This document shows positions 35,413-48,890 of a stretch of DNA of 64,000 bases, piece after piece (the stretch's first letter is position 1; each line of letters begins with the position of its first letter). A program made the position numbers and the translations under genes. Below the pieces are notes generated by a model, which did not search any database, was not told the origin of the DNA, and saw only the letters and a program-made list of their open reading frames with translations. The stretch lies in assembly GCF_016432865.1 (NCBI RefSeq), contig NC_067399.1, forward strand, positions 218,984,001 through 219,048,000, written 5' to 3'. Origin of the DNA: Antechinus flavipes (taxonomy: Eukaryota).

Positions 35413-38400
35413 CTGGAGAAAGGTAGAAAGGAAATGAAAATTTCCCAAAAGAAATAAGTTCTTCCTTATAGATGCTAATTTTAAAAAAGGCGGGGCAGGG
35501 CAGGGGAAGTATATGAGATCACAGAGTTCATGCATGGATCACTTTTCTAAAGGGAAAAATACATCCCTACTTCTACGTTTCTATCAAGGTGTCACATAGG
35601 CTATATGTGATTAGTGGATTACCCTTGTTACATTGGAGCTGAGAAAGGGTGGAGTAAAACTAGATAGATAATAAGGTAGTTTAGGAGAAGCTTTGAATTA
35701 GTATCAGGTAGATAAAGTAGTACAAAGTAGTACAATACCAACAGGTCAGGTGGAAGTGGAATCAAGGAGCCAGGAAGTCTGGAAGTTTAGATAAAGTTGG
35801 TCAGGAACCAGAGCAGTAACTTCAGGAAAGAGACTTAGCAACAAGAAGTCAGAAGTCAGCCAAAGAATCTATCTGGACACCAGTTACAATACACCCACAA
35901 TAAGAAAGCTGTCTAATGTGGTACCAATTCTAGGGATATTTATATGTCTTCTGTAAAAACCTGGCTAGAGTAGGAAATGTGGGAGTAAAAGGGGTAAGAG
36001 GATATGCAGAAGCTTGCATTTCCTGAAAGAAGTACAGATTTCAGTTCCCAGAATATTCATTTACTAGTGTGTTAAATGAAATTAAAACTAAGATCTATGG
36101 ATCATGTATAGATCAAAGACCCTATAGTTTAACAAACTATACTCATATCTGAATAATACCACAGTAGGGGAAAAATATAACTTGTAAGCTACAACACGAT
36201 AAAAAGAGCAATTAACTATAGAGAAAAATATCTGCAGAGACACCAGTGCATAAATTTATATGGAGCAGCCAGGACAACAAAAAGGAAATTTTCCTCCAGA
36301 GAATGGTTGCAACTCTATGGCATGCCATCATGGTGATTTGACTTCCAAAGGCAGCATGCACTTCAACATGCATTCCAAACATCAGCAAGCAGTCTAGTTA
36401 TCCAAAAGTAAAGGTGATTGTAATTCTCTTTTGTATCTGTGTACATGTTGATTCTACCCAGGGGAATTTAAGTTCCTTGAGTATGAGGATTATTTTGTTT
36501 TTATCCCTGTATCACTTAAAAATAAATACGTTGTAAATAGTAGGAGCTTAATAAATCTTGTTTACTAACTTAATCTGGCATAATTTAATCTCTTTCTCTC
36601 CCATTCCAGTTTTTAGAGCTGTAAGAGAACTTTTAGATCACCTGGTCTAAATCTCTAATTTTAAAAGCAAGGAAATGGAGTGTTCATTGCTTGCTTTCAA
36701 ACTGTTTCCTCTTTCTAAGGTCTATAAGACATTCCTTCTACTTCTTCAGTATATCTCAAGGGTTGGTACAGAATAGGTACTTTCTCAAAAAAACAGTTCC
36801 ATGATGAACCAATAGTCTTTTTTCCACTCCAGTATCTTTGGAGTCCACCATGGGAAGACTCAGCAGGAAGCAGATGGACCTAATACTTCCCCCTACTTCC
36901 CTAAACCATAATGGGAATCAGTCACAGTTTATGCCTGATTTCTACCTAAACTAGTTCCAGAAGGAGGAATGTAGGAAAGAAAAGAGGGGAAGGAACTCAG
37001 ATTAATAAGACAAGATAGGCCTACGGAAGCTGGATATTAAAACAACTGATTCCTAATTCTCCTTCCACCTCTAAAATCCTGTGCTTCTATACATCACCAT
37101 AATGGCTCACTAACAAAGGAAAATAAGAGCAAGAACAATGACTTTCCCCATCTCTATCATATGTTTATCATATCATAAAAAAGCTTCTCTCACAACAAAC
37201 TTATGAGGAAGGTGAGAGAAAAGGTTATTCCTATTCTGTAGATAAGGAAACTAAGTATCATAGAAATTGACTGACTTGCTCAGAGTTAGGATGCTGAATA
37301 TCAAATATATTTGAGTTCTAAAGTTTTACTGTTGGAGAAGACCTTAGTGATGTGCTAATTGAACCACTTTATCATACATATGAAGGAATTGAGTCTACGT
37401 GTGTATAAATGATTTCCTAAAGCACAAGGCAGAGATGGGCTACAACACAAGTCTTTATTTTTGTCATTTCATTGGGGAACTTATCTTACAGCTAACCTGA
37501 CCAGGAGGAGATAGGCCTTGGTGAAGTAAAGATTTCATGCTGCCATGGCAACACAACAATGTCTCATGTAAAATAATATATGACAGCACAAGACTTTTAC
37601 AGAATTCTTTTTCTTTTTTTAATGTGACCATCTAATGATGCATCAAAAAATCCAACTGCTGAGTAATGATGTGGTTAGCAAATTTCACAACCACCAAATT
37701 CTCAGAATCCCAGAATTTCAGCATGTGAAGAGATCTCAGCGGTCATCCAAATTATACCAGAATAAAAATTCCTTCTGAAATACTCCTGACTGGGCATGTG
37801 AGGGGGAGGGAGGAAGGAGGGAAGGAGTGTATGTTGTCACAGAGCCTCTATATAAAATCTGTAAAGAAGACTGTGGCCTTCAGGACTTCTCGAGTCTTAC
37901 TGCCTTTAGTGGACCTTTTTTACATTTCAACAATTCTCACAGAAACATTTTCCTTACATTGAGCTTGCAATCTATCCCAACAACTTTCAAACCAAGCATT
38001 TATAAAGCACCTACTATGTACAAAGTACTGAACATACACAGACAAAAATAAACCAGTATTAACTCTCAAGAAGCCTACATTCTCTTATGAGGGGAAGGAG
38101 TTAGCTTATATGCAAATAAATCAACTCAAAATAATTTGGGGTGGAAGGGGCAGAATAACAAAAATTGAGTGGATAAGTTTTTGCTTTATTTTGTTTTGTC
38201 TTCAAAAAGTGGCACCTAAATTAAGCCTTAACAGAAACTCTGAATTCTATGATGTAAAGAGTATTAAAGATATGGGGGAATCACTTGTGCAAAGGACATA
38301 GAGACAAGAAAGGAAAGATAAAGATATGACTAAGTATATAAAGGGGACAATGGTGAAATAAAATGAGAAACATAGATAGACCTAACAGAGATTGTGGAAA

Positions 38401-38500
38401 GCTTTGAATGCTAAGCTGAGAAGAATAGTTTATCTAGAATAATTAAAGACTTTTGAGCAGGGGCAGATTTTTTTTTTAAATTAAATCAGGGTTACTGGTA

Positions 38501-38641
38501 NNNNNNNNNNNNNNNNNNNNNNNNNNNNNNNNNNNNNNNNNNNNNNNNNNNNNNNNNNNNNNNNNNNNNNNNNNNNNNNNNNNNNNNNNNNNNNNNNNNN
38601 NNNNNNNNNNNNNNNNNNNNNNNNNNNNNNNNNNNNNNNNN
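38501..38641. other. Assembly gap (141 N)
   Basis: Run of N. Confidence 1.
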
Positions 38642-38825
38642 AGAGACAGACACAGAAAGAAGTGAGATGGAGAGAAAGGTAGAGGAACAGAGGGAGGGAA
38701 GAAGAAAGAAGGAGGGAGAAAAAGGGAAAGAAACAGGGAGACAAAAAAAGAGAAGCAGAGGAAAAGGAAGAGGAAGAGGAGGAGGGAGAAGGAGAAAAAA
38801 AAGAGGAAAAGAGGGAAGAACAGCA
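38642..38825. repeat. Purine-rich (GA) low-complexity tract
   Basis: Almost only G and A; lies next to the assembly gap. Confidence 0.9.
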
Positions 38826-40073
38826 TAAGACTCCTTGTGAAAGGACTTAATGAAATTCAGTAAAAGCCCATGTCATGCCCCTAATCTACTTATCTAGCAA
38901 GGAAAAAAAAGGGGGGGGAGGGAAACGAAGGGGGAAAAGACATGATACAAGCTGGGTATGTCCCTTTCTTGTTGAAAACATAATGATTCCTGGTTATCCT
39001 GCTTCCCTTTCTAAATACACATAACCCATCGTTTTATTTGCAAATTCTATTTTCCATCTTTTTCTTTAAAATTGGGACATTTGTACTGCTCTAAAACTAG
39101 AAATCTTTCCCATTCTCCATGATTCTTTCAAAGGTTACTGAAGGTTGTTCAACAATCCCATTTATCAGTTCTTTTATGACACTGAGTTGTAATTCAATTA
39201 GGCTGATGATCTGATTTCTGAAAACAATAAGGTGATTTCTTACTATTTTCTCACTTATCTTAGGTTTCAATTCCTTCTTAAACATTTTTGTTCTCTTTTT
39301 CTCAGTTCAAACATTATGTCCCCACAAAGTTCTACCCATTACTCTAGGTCAAAGGAGAAAAGAATCCAATCATATGACAATGCTTCAAATACCTACAGAC
39401 ATTTATCACATACTTTCTAAATTTCTTCTCCAGAGTAATTCCTTCAATTGACCTCCTGAAGCAAGTTTTTTAAAAAACATTTTTGTTTTCATTAATATCT
39501 AAGTGAAATTTAGCAATTTCTTTAATTATGATTTTAAAAAATGTTCTGAGAATGTCCATGGTTTTATCAGACAATCAAAGGGGTTCATTACAAAGAAAAG
39601 GTCAAGAATGCTTTCTTGTATGGCATGGCCTCATACTCTTACCATTATTTTAAATATGCTCCAATTTGTTTCTCTACCAAAATATGGTACTGAAACCTTT
39701 CCAGTGTGGTCTGATCAGGACAGTGGATATTTCCTCCCTCATTCTGGACACATGAACTTCTTGGTTGACATACTACAAATGTGAAGCTTGCAGTCACCAT
39801 AATCCTTAGTAATTTTCTAGAGAAACTGCTGTCTGTCCATACTTTCCCTATCATTTATTTAATTGTGAAGTTGATTTTTTTCAAGCCTACCTATAAAATT
39901 ATATTTATCCCTATTAAACTGAAGCTTATTAGAACTGGCCTATTGCTCTAACATGTTGAGATTTCTTTTTTGGATTCTGTTACTCTATTGTCATTTGCCA
40001 AATGACCAAATAATGCACCTCCTTTTATGCCTTCAGTCAATAACAAAGACAAGCATATGTCACCTGGGTTCTA

Positions 40074-40363
40074 TCTTTCCCAGTAAGATCTGGAGTGAAG
40101 CAAGGTTGCCCACTATCACCATTATTATTTAATATCGTATTAGAAACACTAGCCTCAGCAATAAGAGTCGAGAAAGATATTAATGGAATTAGAGTAGGCA
40201 ATGAGGAAACCAAACTATTACTCTTTGCAGATGATATGATGGTATACCTAGAGAACCCCAGAGATTCTACTAAAAAGCTATTAGAAATAATTCATAATTT
40301 TAGCAAAGTAGCTAGCTACAAAATAAATCCCCATAAATCCTCAGCATTTTTATACATCACCAT
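40074..40363 (+). mobile_element. Internal L1 ORF2 reverse-transcriptase fragment (290 bp)
   Basis: Open frame [24 protein letters not shown]...[15 protein letters not shown]...[15 protein letters not shown]. Flanked by direct repeat CTGGGTTCTA at 40064-40073 and 40364-40373. Confidence 0.93.
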
Positions 40364-40661
40364 CTGGGTTCTAGTCATGGGTCTGCTGCTAATTCATCAT
40401 CTTACCTTAGGCCAGTCACTGAATTCCTTTGTATTTCCTTTCTGGGTCTATTTCTGAAGTAGTATGAAATCTTGATACCTAGATCAGCTTACTGTTTAAA
40501 ATATTTTCCTTCTTTCTTCCTTTTCCTTGCTTATGATTCCTAAATGAGGTACCTCATTCTTTAGCTTATACCTATGCCCCCATCCATAATTTCACATAAA
40601 TTTTATGATTTCAAGAAATACATAATTTCATATTTGGAAGTTACTTTGAAAGTCAGTTTGA

Positions 40662-40704
40662 ATTACCCATGCATATAACTTGTAAATAAAAAGCTATTTA
40701 AAAA
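40662..40704 (+). mobile_element. Extremely truncated L1 3' end (43 bp)
   Basis: Nearly identical to the end of the 34478-35118 L1. 13-bp TSD AAAGTCA(G/A)TTTGA at 40649-40661 and 40705-40717. Confidence 0.8.
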
Positions 40705-40904
40705 AAAGTCAATTTGACCAGCCCATACTTGAAGCCTTCTATAAAATTCAGATGATGGTCATGATGGTCATTAATCCTCCACTTCAATGACTTTAGCTAT
40801 AGGGAATTCATTATCTTACAATTAGCAAATTCTCCTTTTAGATATTTTCTTATCTCTCAGGACAAATTTGCTCTACTTTTAGTCCAGTTTTCTTAATAAA
40901 GAGG

Positions 40905-42035
40905 TAGTCCTCCTCACCAACAAGATCAATCCCTTTACAAGTATCCTTTATTCAATCCCCTTTCTTCTCTAGCAGATAGTCTCCAGCATTATCCTTGACC
41001 CCAACCTATAGTATTGATTTCTTCTCTGGTCCCTACATCGACATCACTTCCAGCCTTTAAAAAACAAAAATAAAAACCCTTCATAGATTTTCTCTCTTCT
41101 AGGTGTTATATATCTTTTCTCACCTCAAACAAATTCCTTGAAGCAACTGTATGTACTTGCTGCTTCCACATCCCTCCTCGCTCACTTTCTTCCAAACCCT
41201 CTGCAATATGGCTTCTGATTTTGTCACTCAACTGGAACTGTCCTTCCCAAAGTTACCAAGAATATTTTAATTGCCAATTCTGATGGTCACTTTTTATAAA
41301 TCATCTTTCTTGGCCTCTTTAAAGGAGTAATGGCCATCCTCTTCTCATGGCTCTCTATTTTCTTTCAGTGAGTTTGATGGCTCCTTTACTGGATCATCAA
41401 AAAAAAAAAAAATCAGGCTTCATAAATGTAGGTATAATCCAGGATTCTGTCTTGAGCTTTCTTCTCTTTTCTCTCCTATACCTCCATGAAACTTTCCCAA
41501 TTCTTTTGATAACCCTACCACTCTAGTCACTGAGGTCTGCAACCTCAGTATCATTCCTGACTCTTCTCTCTCACATCTCTCACACATCCAATCTGGTACT
41601 GAATCTTATTGTTTATACTTCTTTTTTTTGGCATTTGAAGGTCTTCATAATTTTGACTCCAACCTTTCTTTCCAATATGATTATAAATAACTCCCTTCTA
41701 TACACTCCATTTTACCTCCCTTTCTGTACTTGTACACTGGAAATCCCTCTTGTCTGGAATGCTCTGTCTCATCTCTATTCCTGGCTTCTTTCAAGTCTCA
41801 GCAAAAATCTCACCTTCTATACGAAGCCCTTTCCAAACCTCTTTTAATTCTAGTATCTTCCCTCTGTTGATTATTTTCAAATAATCCTTATATATATCCT
41901 GTTTGTACATCATTGTTTGCTACTGTCTCCACCCATTGTGAGCACCTTGAAAGTGGCAACTTTCCCTTGCCTTTCTTTATGATTAGCATACTGTCTGGCA
42001 CATACTCAGCTCTTAATAAAGGTTTATTGTCTGAC
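40905..42035 (+). mobile_element. L2 LINE 3' portion
   Basis: Pyrimidine-rich L2-like body ending ctcttaataaaggtttattg. Other L2 pieces at about 10140-11150 (+), 22190-22830 (+), 27990-28330 (+), 38000-38460 (-) and 46560-47440 (-). Confidence 0.6.
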
Positions 42036-43939
42036 ATCACACAGTTCAATTAGCAGCAGAGCTGAGCCTCTTACATACATCTTCGTTCCCCCAAAGCCAG
42101 GCCTTTCCCCCCATTATACTGCTTCCATATGAGATCCTGGGGCTGGAAACACATTGGATTTCCAAATATGGAAAAACTCAGAATTGCTTCAAATGGGAGA
42201 AGGATGAAATGCAATCATTCTGTATGATAAAGAAAAGGGCAGGACCTAGTTAATTTTCTAAGGGCTTTACCAGGCTGCCCCAGACACAATACTTGTTAGG
42301 GATCATCATGGGATCAGAGATTTAAAGCTGGGATTTGGCAGAAGTGTACTCTCCTTTTACCTTTTAGGAGAATTACTTCCAGTCTATCTGCGCCCATCCC
42401 TGGCATGACTCAATTACTGAAGAAAACTGACTTTTGAAGGGAGTGCATGTCAAGCAAGAGAATCAAGTTCAGAATTAGGGTATGACACCTGGGTATGAGT
42501 AACACTCTTTCCCCAAAGGAAAACAAATATACTCTGCTTTGGATGGACACAACCAGGAGAGAACACCAGAAGCAACCAAACTTTTTCAATAATTATCCCC
42601 ACCCTGCAGGAACCTGGAGCTCAAGATATGAACATGGCCACATTCTTCAGAAGCAGCTGGGTGGCACAGAGAAAAGAATGTTGGACTTAGACTTAAGACA
42701 CTTCTTAGCATTGTGACCCTAAGCAAGACCTTATACTCCATTTGCCTCAATTTCCTCATCTGTAAAATGGGGGTAATAATAAAATTTACCACACAAGGTT
42801 ATTGTGATGATCAAGTGGGATAAGACAGAGTATTTGAGGATCAAATAAGCCAACACATAAAGTGCTTTGCAAACCATAAAGTGCTATATTAATTCTAGTT
42901 TTTGTTGTTATTATAACTTTTCAGGGCCCAACTTACAGAAAAGAGGAAAGATATGTTTGAGAAATATGAATGACACAAGACTGATAACACTCAATAGAAC
43001 AGTCACAATAGGCCCCTCTTAATATTTTCTTTCCAATTACTCTAACACATTCCTTATTTTGTCAGTCTTCCCAGATATGTACCTTTGCTCATCCCATTCC
43101 TTAAGAGTGAAATGTACAGACTTTCTCCTTTGCTGGTGAATTCTTAGCCAGTTCTAAAGCCCAATTTAAACCAAACCAAACCAAACCTTTAGTGATTCCA
43201 CCAAACTCAAATACCTTATTGGTAACCTTTCTCACTCAGATCAGATTTCACAGAGCATTTTGTTTGGTATCTCTCTAATGCACTTGTCAAGTAACACTGT
43301 GTATCACAATTGTTTGTTTCTTCTCTCTTTGCTACACTTTCAAGTTCCTCAGGAGCAAAGGCTTTATCTTATCTAATCTTTGCAATGCCTCCCTCATTAT
43401 CCACCATAACTTTTTGCTCATAGTAGGAAACTGATAAATTATTTCTTATTGCATCTGTATCTCAGACACACAAGCTACTCTGAAGATAGGAAGGTCCTTA
43501 AAACAAAATGGATATATTTAAGATACATTTAAAAAAAAAAGTTTGTTTTTGGATGCTATTCTATTTCCCTATTTTTAAAAAAAGGAATTTTTCTGGGGCC
43601 AAAATAAGTATGTCAAAGTAGAAAGAGGCTGTACTTATTTCCTTCATTTCCTCTCCTTTCACTTACTTCTCAACCCTTCACTGTCTGGCTTTTGACCCCA
43701 TCACTCAGCAGAGACTGTTCTCTCAAAGGTTGCCAACGATCTCTTAATCAACAAATCCATATTTTCTTCTCCAGTCCTTATTCTTTCCTATCTCTCTGTA
43801 TGATCTGCTCCCGCCCTCCCGGCCCCCCATTAGATACTTCCTCCTTTCTCCTCTAGTCCTCTCCCTTCCCATAACTGTTTTTTTTTCCCTGTCTCCTTTG
43901 CTTTTTAATCCATATCATTTCCCAAAAACAAATTGTTGA

Positions 43940-44370
43940 ACATTAACAAAATGCAATATTACAGTGCTGTGAGAAATGAAAAAGATGACACCTACAGAGA
44001 AGCATGGAAAGACTTAGATGAATGACACAAAATAAAGTGAACAGAGCCAGAAAAACCATATAAATAACTATGAAAAGGACAAATGGAAAATAATCAAAAC
44101 AAGATGCTTCAAAATCATGATGACCAAATTTGGTCCCAAATAAGAGATGAGTGATATCAGTTGTCCCTGATCCTTTGCAGAAGTAGGGATTGGGATACAG
44201 CATATGCAATCAGACTTTTCTGATGTTCACTTTTATGTTGATGTTTTTTAAATTTATTAATTTCTCCATGTTTTATTATAAAGAATGGCTCTCTGGAAGG
44301 GAGTAGGAAGAATTATAGTAGGAAATATAAATAATGTGAAAACTAAAGATTATCAACAAAATCTTATTTT
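43940..44370 (+). mobile_element. Old L1 ORF2-end / 3' UTR fragment
   Basis: Degenerate match to the L1 end motif (agaaatga...agaagcatggaaagactta.atgaa...gtgaacagagccag). Confidence 0.65.
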
Positions 44371-45339
44371 GGAGAAAAAAAGAAATACTATCTTCTATAC
44401 ATTATTATTATAATAAATGGTCTTTGATTTTATTTGATCATAAAAGAGTTATAAGCAGTTTAACAAGTTGAATCACAATATGTAAAGCTTTTCCCTAATT
44501 AAAAGGAAACCATTTTGTTTCCAGTTCTTTGTTATCAAAAAAGTATGGTTATAAATATTTTGTTTTTGTTTTTTACAGGGTCTTTCTTTCTGTCATTGGT
44601 CTCTTCAAAGGTCATGCCTACGAGCGGAATATCTAGGTTAGAGGACATAGACATTTTGGTCCCTTTCTTTGCAAAATTCCCATAATGATTTCCAAGCAGC
44701 AGACCATGGATTTTGTAGCCTATACTCCAAAACTCCCTACCCTTGTCACAGGTACTTTTCTTGCTCAGAATGTCAATAATCACGGCTTTGAACTTGGGAA
44801 GCACTATATAACTAAGATTGGCAAAAATGCCAGGGATCACAGCCTTATATACATTTGGCTCCTTCTTTCAGGGCTAGTGAAATACTGAGAGTTAGAAAGA
44901 AGAAAATAAAAGAAAAAAAGGGGAAGAAAAAACATAATGCAATGGCCCTGGGTGTAAAGCCAGTATACTCTTCTGAACATAGGATAATAATTCTGCTTAC
45001 ATTGAAAGGAAACTTGTTTTGAGTTGGGAATCAGAAGCATTTCTCAGCCAGAGTACTTAACCCACCCAGGGAAAATAGGTGAGCAGTGTTGGTGGAATGC
45101 AGTGGTGAATTAAATCAGTCAGCCAATATAGTTAAGGTGAAGGAATGGAGACAAGATAAAATATCTTTATATATGGGTAATAATTTACTTCCTTTTCCTG
45201 TCTTTCTTTCCCTTCTTGCCTCTGTCTCCTTTTCTTTCTCTCCTGTCTATCTGTCTCTGCCTCTCTCATTGTCTAATTATTTTAAGCTGGAAGCACATTG
45301 GCCATTCACAAACTTCAACCTCATAAAGAAGCTAGATCA

Positions 45340-45600
45340 TTAGGTGATACAGTACATAGATCACTGGATCTAGGGGTCAGTCAGTCAGGAAGCCTGAGAC
45401 CAAACCTGAACTTATTAGCTTTGTCATCTCTGCTCAAGTTACTTAACCTCCCTTTGCTTCAATTTCTTCATCTGTAAAATGGTGATAATCATAGCACCTA
45501 TTTCACAGGGTTGCTATAAGGATCATATGAGTTATGTAAAATGCTTTACAAACATCAAATCACTTTATAAATGCTATTGTTACTGTTGTTAGTATTAGAA
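45340..45600 (+). mobile_element. MIR SINE (representative of dozens of MIR/MIR3 copies across the window)
   Basis: Core motif agttacttaacctc...tttcttcatctgtaaaatggtgataatc...gttgctataaggatc. Confidence 0.8.
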
Positions 45601-45613
45601 TTAAATAACAAAT

Positions 45614-46410
45614 TGTTGAAATCTTTACAAACTGTTAAGTCATTAGAGTTGATAGAGACAATAATTATCTAATTTAACATGGTTCAGTATTATTGATCTG
45701 ATCTTACAAGGAGATGTTATGGGCCAGAAGAAACAAGGTACTAAGTAGAACTGATAGACAATAATGCTTGTGTTCATACCTTTACTCATTGGAGTTCACA
45801 TGTTTGGGAGATTTCAGGGTTTCGTATGAGACAGCCGAATTCACACCTCCCTTGAAGCTCTCAGGGCCAGAGAGTACTCTGAAAGAAACTCATATCCCAC
45901 TCTCTCTCGAGGAGATCATATATAAGAAACAGACAAAGGCTCTCTGGGAAAATTCAGCTGAAAAGAGTTAAGAGGGGAGTGTCAAGTCAATTCAGGAGAA
46001 GCCCTCTCTCAGAGCCACAGCTAGAGTCACTTCATCTCACCCATTGTGGTAGCTGGGCTCCTGCACTTCCCCCACTGAGACCAAGCTGGTCTGAAAGGCT
46101 CTCCAGAAAGCTAGCCGAGCCCCAAGTAAAGGAGGCAAGAGAGATTCATTCCATTTTCCAGCTGGCTGGCTGGAGGCTGAAGGACAAACCTTTGGATTTG
46201 GAGACATTCGGAGGGAGTTTTTGGAACCAAGCAGAAAGATAGGCCTCTAAGAAAAACTAACCAAGCTATTTTGGAAGGAGAAAATAAATATTTGCATTTT
46301 ATCACCTGGCTGCGTTTTGAGGTGATTATTACTTTCAACTGCAACTAAGGCTGCCTCCAGAAAACCTCCCCAAGAAACCTGCTCCCAGAGAGAACCATTA
46401 TATTTTAAAA
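45614..46410 (+). mobile_element. Probable solo LTR of an endogenous retrovirus
   Basis: About 0.8 kb, more GC/CpG-rich than its flanks, starts TG, with TATATAA at 45919-45925 and AATAAA at 46283-46288 in U3-R-U5 order. The 3' boundary and TSD are not resolved. Confidence 0.55.
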
Positions 46411-48654
46411 ATTATTATTATTATTATTAATTATTCAACAAATTTCATTTTTCTGACCTGGGCTCATTTACCCCTTCTCAGGCAACTCTAGTGGCCTACA
46501 GTTTCCTGAACTTACCATATTGGTAGTGGACTTAATGAAGACATTTCAGTTAATTACAATTTCATTCAATAAACATCTATTCAATATCTGCTACGTTCCA
46601 GGCACTGTGTTAAGCCTCAGGAATATTTTTTAAAGGCAAAAAAAAAAAAACCAGTTTTTTTCTTTCATGGAGTTTATAATTAAGTAATAGAGATAACATT
46701 CAAATAGTCAAATACCAACAAGCCAAGAATAGGATAAATAGGAAAAAAATCAACAGAAAAGAAGGTACACAATTAAGGAGAATAGAATTAAGGGGGATTT
46801 TAGCCGAGCCTTGAAGATAGCCAGAGAATTAAGGAAGTAGAAATGAGGAGAGCTTTCCATGCATGAGAGACAGCCAATGAAAAGACTTGATGTCAGGAAA
46901 TGGAGTGTCTTGTTCAATGAACAAGGAAGCTGTCAAGTCACTGGATTTGAGAGTACATGTAGGGGACAGAAAATTATTTTGTAAAGCATTTAGCACAGTG
47001 TCTGCCTTAATAGGTTAGGTGTTTAATAAATGTTTGTTCTCCCCTCTCCCCAAATGAGGAGGGGCAGGTTGTGATAGATTTTGAATGCAAAAAGATTTTG
47101 TTTTTGATCATGAAGGTGATAAAGAGCCATTGAAATTTATTTATTTGAGGGGAGACATATGTGCTACCATCAGAATGATAGCAGTATCAGATTGAATATG
47201 GGGGAGGGGCAAAAAAGTGAGAATTTGATGACAGCTAAACTGTGAGTCTGGGAGACTAGAAAAATGTGGTGCCCTTGATAGAAAAAGGAAAGTTTGAAGG
47301 GAAGGAAAATTTTGGGGGAATAACAAAATGAATTCAATTTTGCACATACTGCAGTTTGAAATGTTCATTAGAAAGAAACTATTATAGATGTGCAGCAAGG
47401 TTAGATCATGGATAAGTAGATTTGACAATCATTAGCATAGAGATGATAACTACTGAATTGAAGATAGCCATGGTTTCTCCATACCAAAAACAATAGTCAA
47501 AAAATATTGAATACTTGCAATGTGCCAGATGCTTTGCAAATACCCTGAATCCCAACAATCTGACTTGTAGAAAACTTGATGGTGACTTCTTTCAATTCTT
47601 TTAATGTCAGGAAAATAGCCTAAGTTTCACTGGTTGCCAAAGAGGCAATTGTTTTCCTCCGGGCCCACCTTCTATCTGCCATCCACACAATGGAAGTATG
47701 CTCCCTCTGGTGCTGGAACCATAGTAACTGCTTTTGCAGTTACTATCATCTTTGCTTGCTATAAGACTGATGTCATCCATGTTTCAAGTATCTAAGAGGT
47801 AAATATCTGCTTTGATACAGCTGAAAGAGTGCTTGGTATTGTAGTCAGAGGATTTGGGAACAAATTGTTGCTCTAACCCTTATTCCATGCTTAGGCAAAT
47901 CATTTTCTCTTTCTGATCTCTAAGCTCCTTTTCTCTCATAAATAAGGGGGTGGAGTAGATGATGTATTAGATCCCTTCCAAATCTAATGGCTATAGTCCT
48001 CTAGTCTTCTTCTTCTTCTCTAAGAGGGACTGCAATGTCCTGGGAGTTTGTTACCCATCCAGGTCATGCCTCTTTTGCCTTGTGAGAAGGAGTGACATGC
48101 TCAAATCCTAGGGGATCCAGCAGAGGCAAGCAAAGAACCTTGATATAGGAGAAAGAACAATGACTGGGAATTCAGAAGACTGGAATTTGAATTTGGGGTC
48201 TTCCATGACAAAGGACATGAGACATAGAACTTTAGAACTAAAGAGATGTTGAAATTATTTGGTCCCATCTCCTTATTTTAGGCAAGGTATTATTGTTAAA
48301 GAAAGAAATGTGAGTACAAAGAAATATCCAGTGTCACACAGCCAGAAATTGGTAGGACAAAAACACAAATCAAAGTCTTCTGACTACAATTAACCTCTCT
48401 GAATTTCAGTTTTCTCCTTTATAAAGTGTAGCTAATATTAGTATCTTTCTCAGGATTTTGTGAAGATCAAATGATCATGCATATTAAGTGCTCTAGAAAA
48501 CTAAAGTTCTCTATCAACATTAACTATTATTGTTATTCTGTATGAATGTGAACAAACTGAAAATGTATCACATCAAACTCATCACCTATTATAAAATTCC
48601 AGAGCTGAAGTTCCCTTTGAAATTATCTAAGAGATGAAAAAAAGAGGTCACTGT

Positions 48655-48890
48655 TCCTACCATCTGACCCAGCAAAATCCCAATTAGGCATATACTACAA
48701 AAATTCATAGACGGAAGAAAACATTTATAGCAACACTTTTTATGGCAATAAAAAACTGGAAACAGAGGAAGTGCCCCTGTTGGAGAATGACTGTGCAAGA
48801 GATTGAACAAGTTGTGGCTTAAGAGTGGTATGAAATATTATTGCACTCTAAGAAATGGCAAATATAAAGTTTGCAGAGAAATTTAGGACC
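48655..48890 (+). mobile_element. Old L1 ORF2-end fragment
   Basis: atagcaacactttttatggcaataaaaaactggaaacagaggaagtgcccctgttggagaatgactg resembles the L1 ORF2 C-terminal region. Confidence 0.6.

Noticed and set aside
38476-38826. 116-aa and 87-aa ORFs spanning the gap
   Set aside because: Artefacts of low-complexity purine sequence and Ns.
40095-40457. 120-aa RT-like ORF as a domesticated gene
   Set aside because: It is an L1 fragment running into MIR sequence, with a GTG start and only part of the RT domain.
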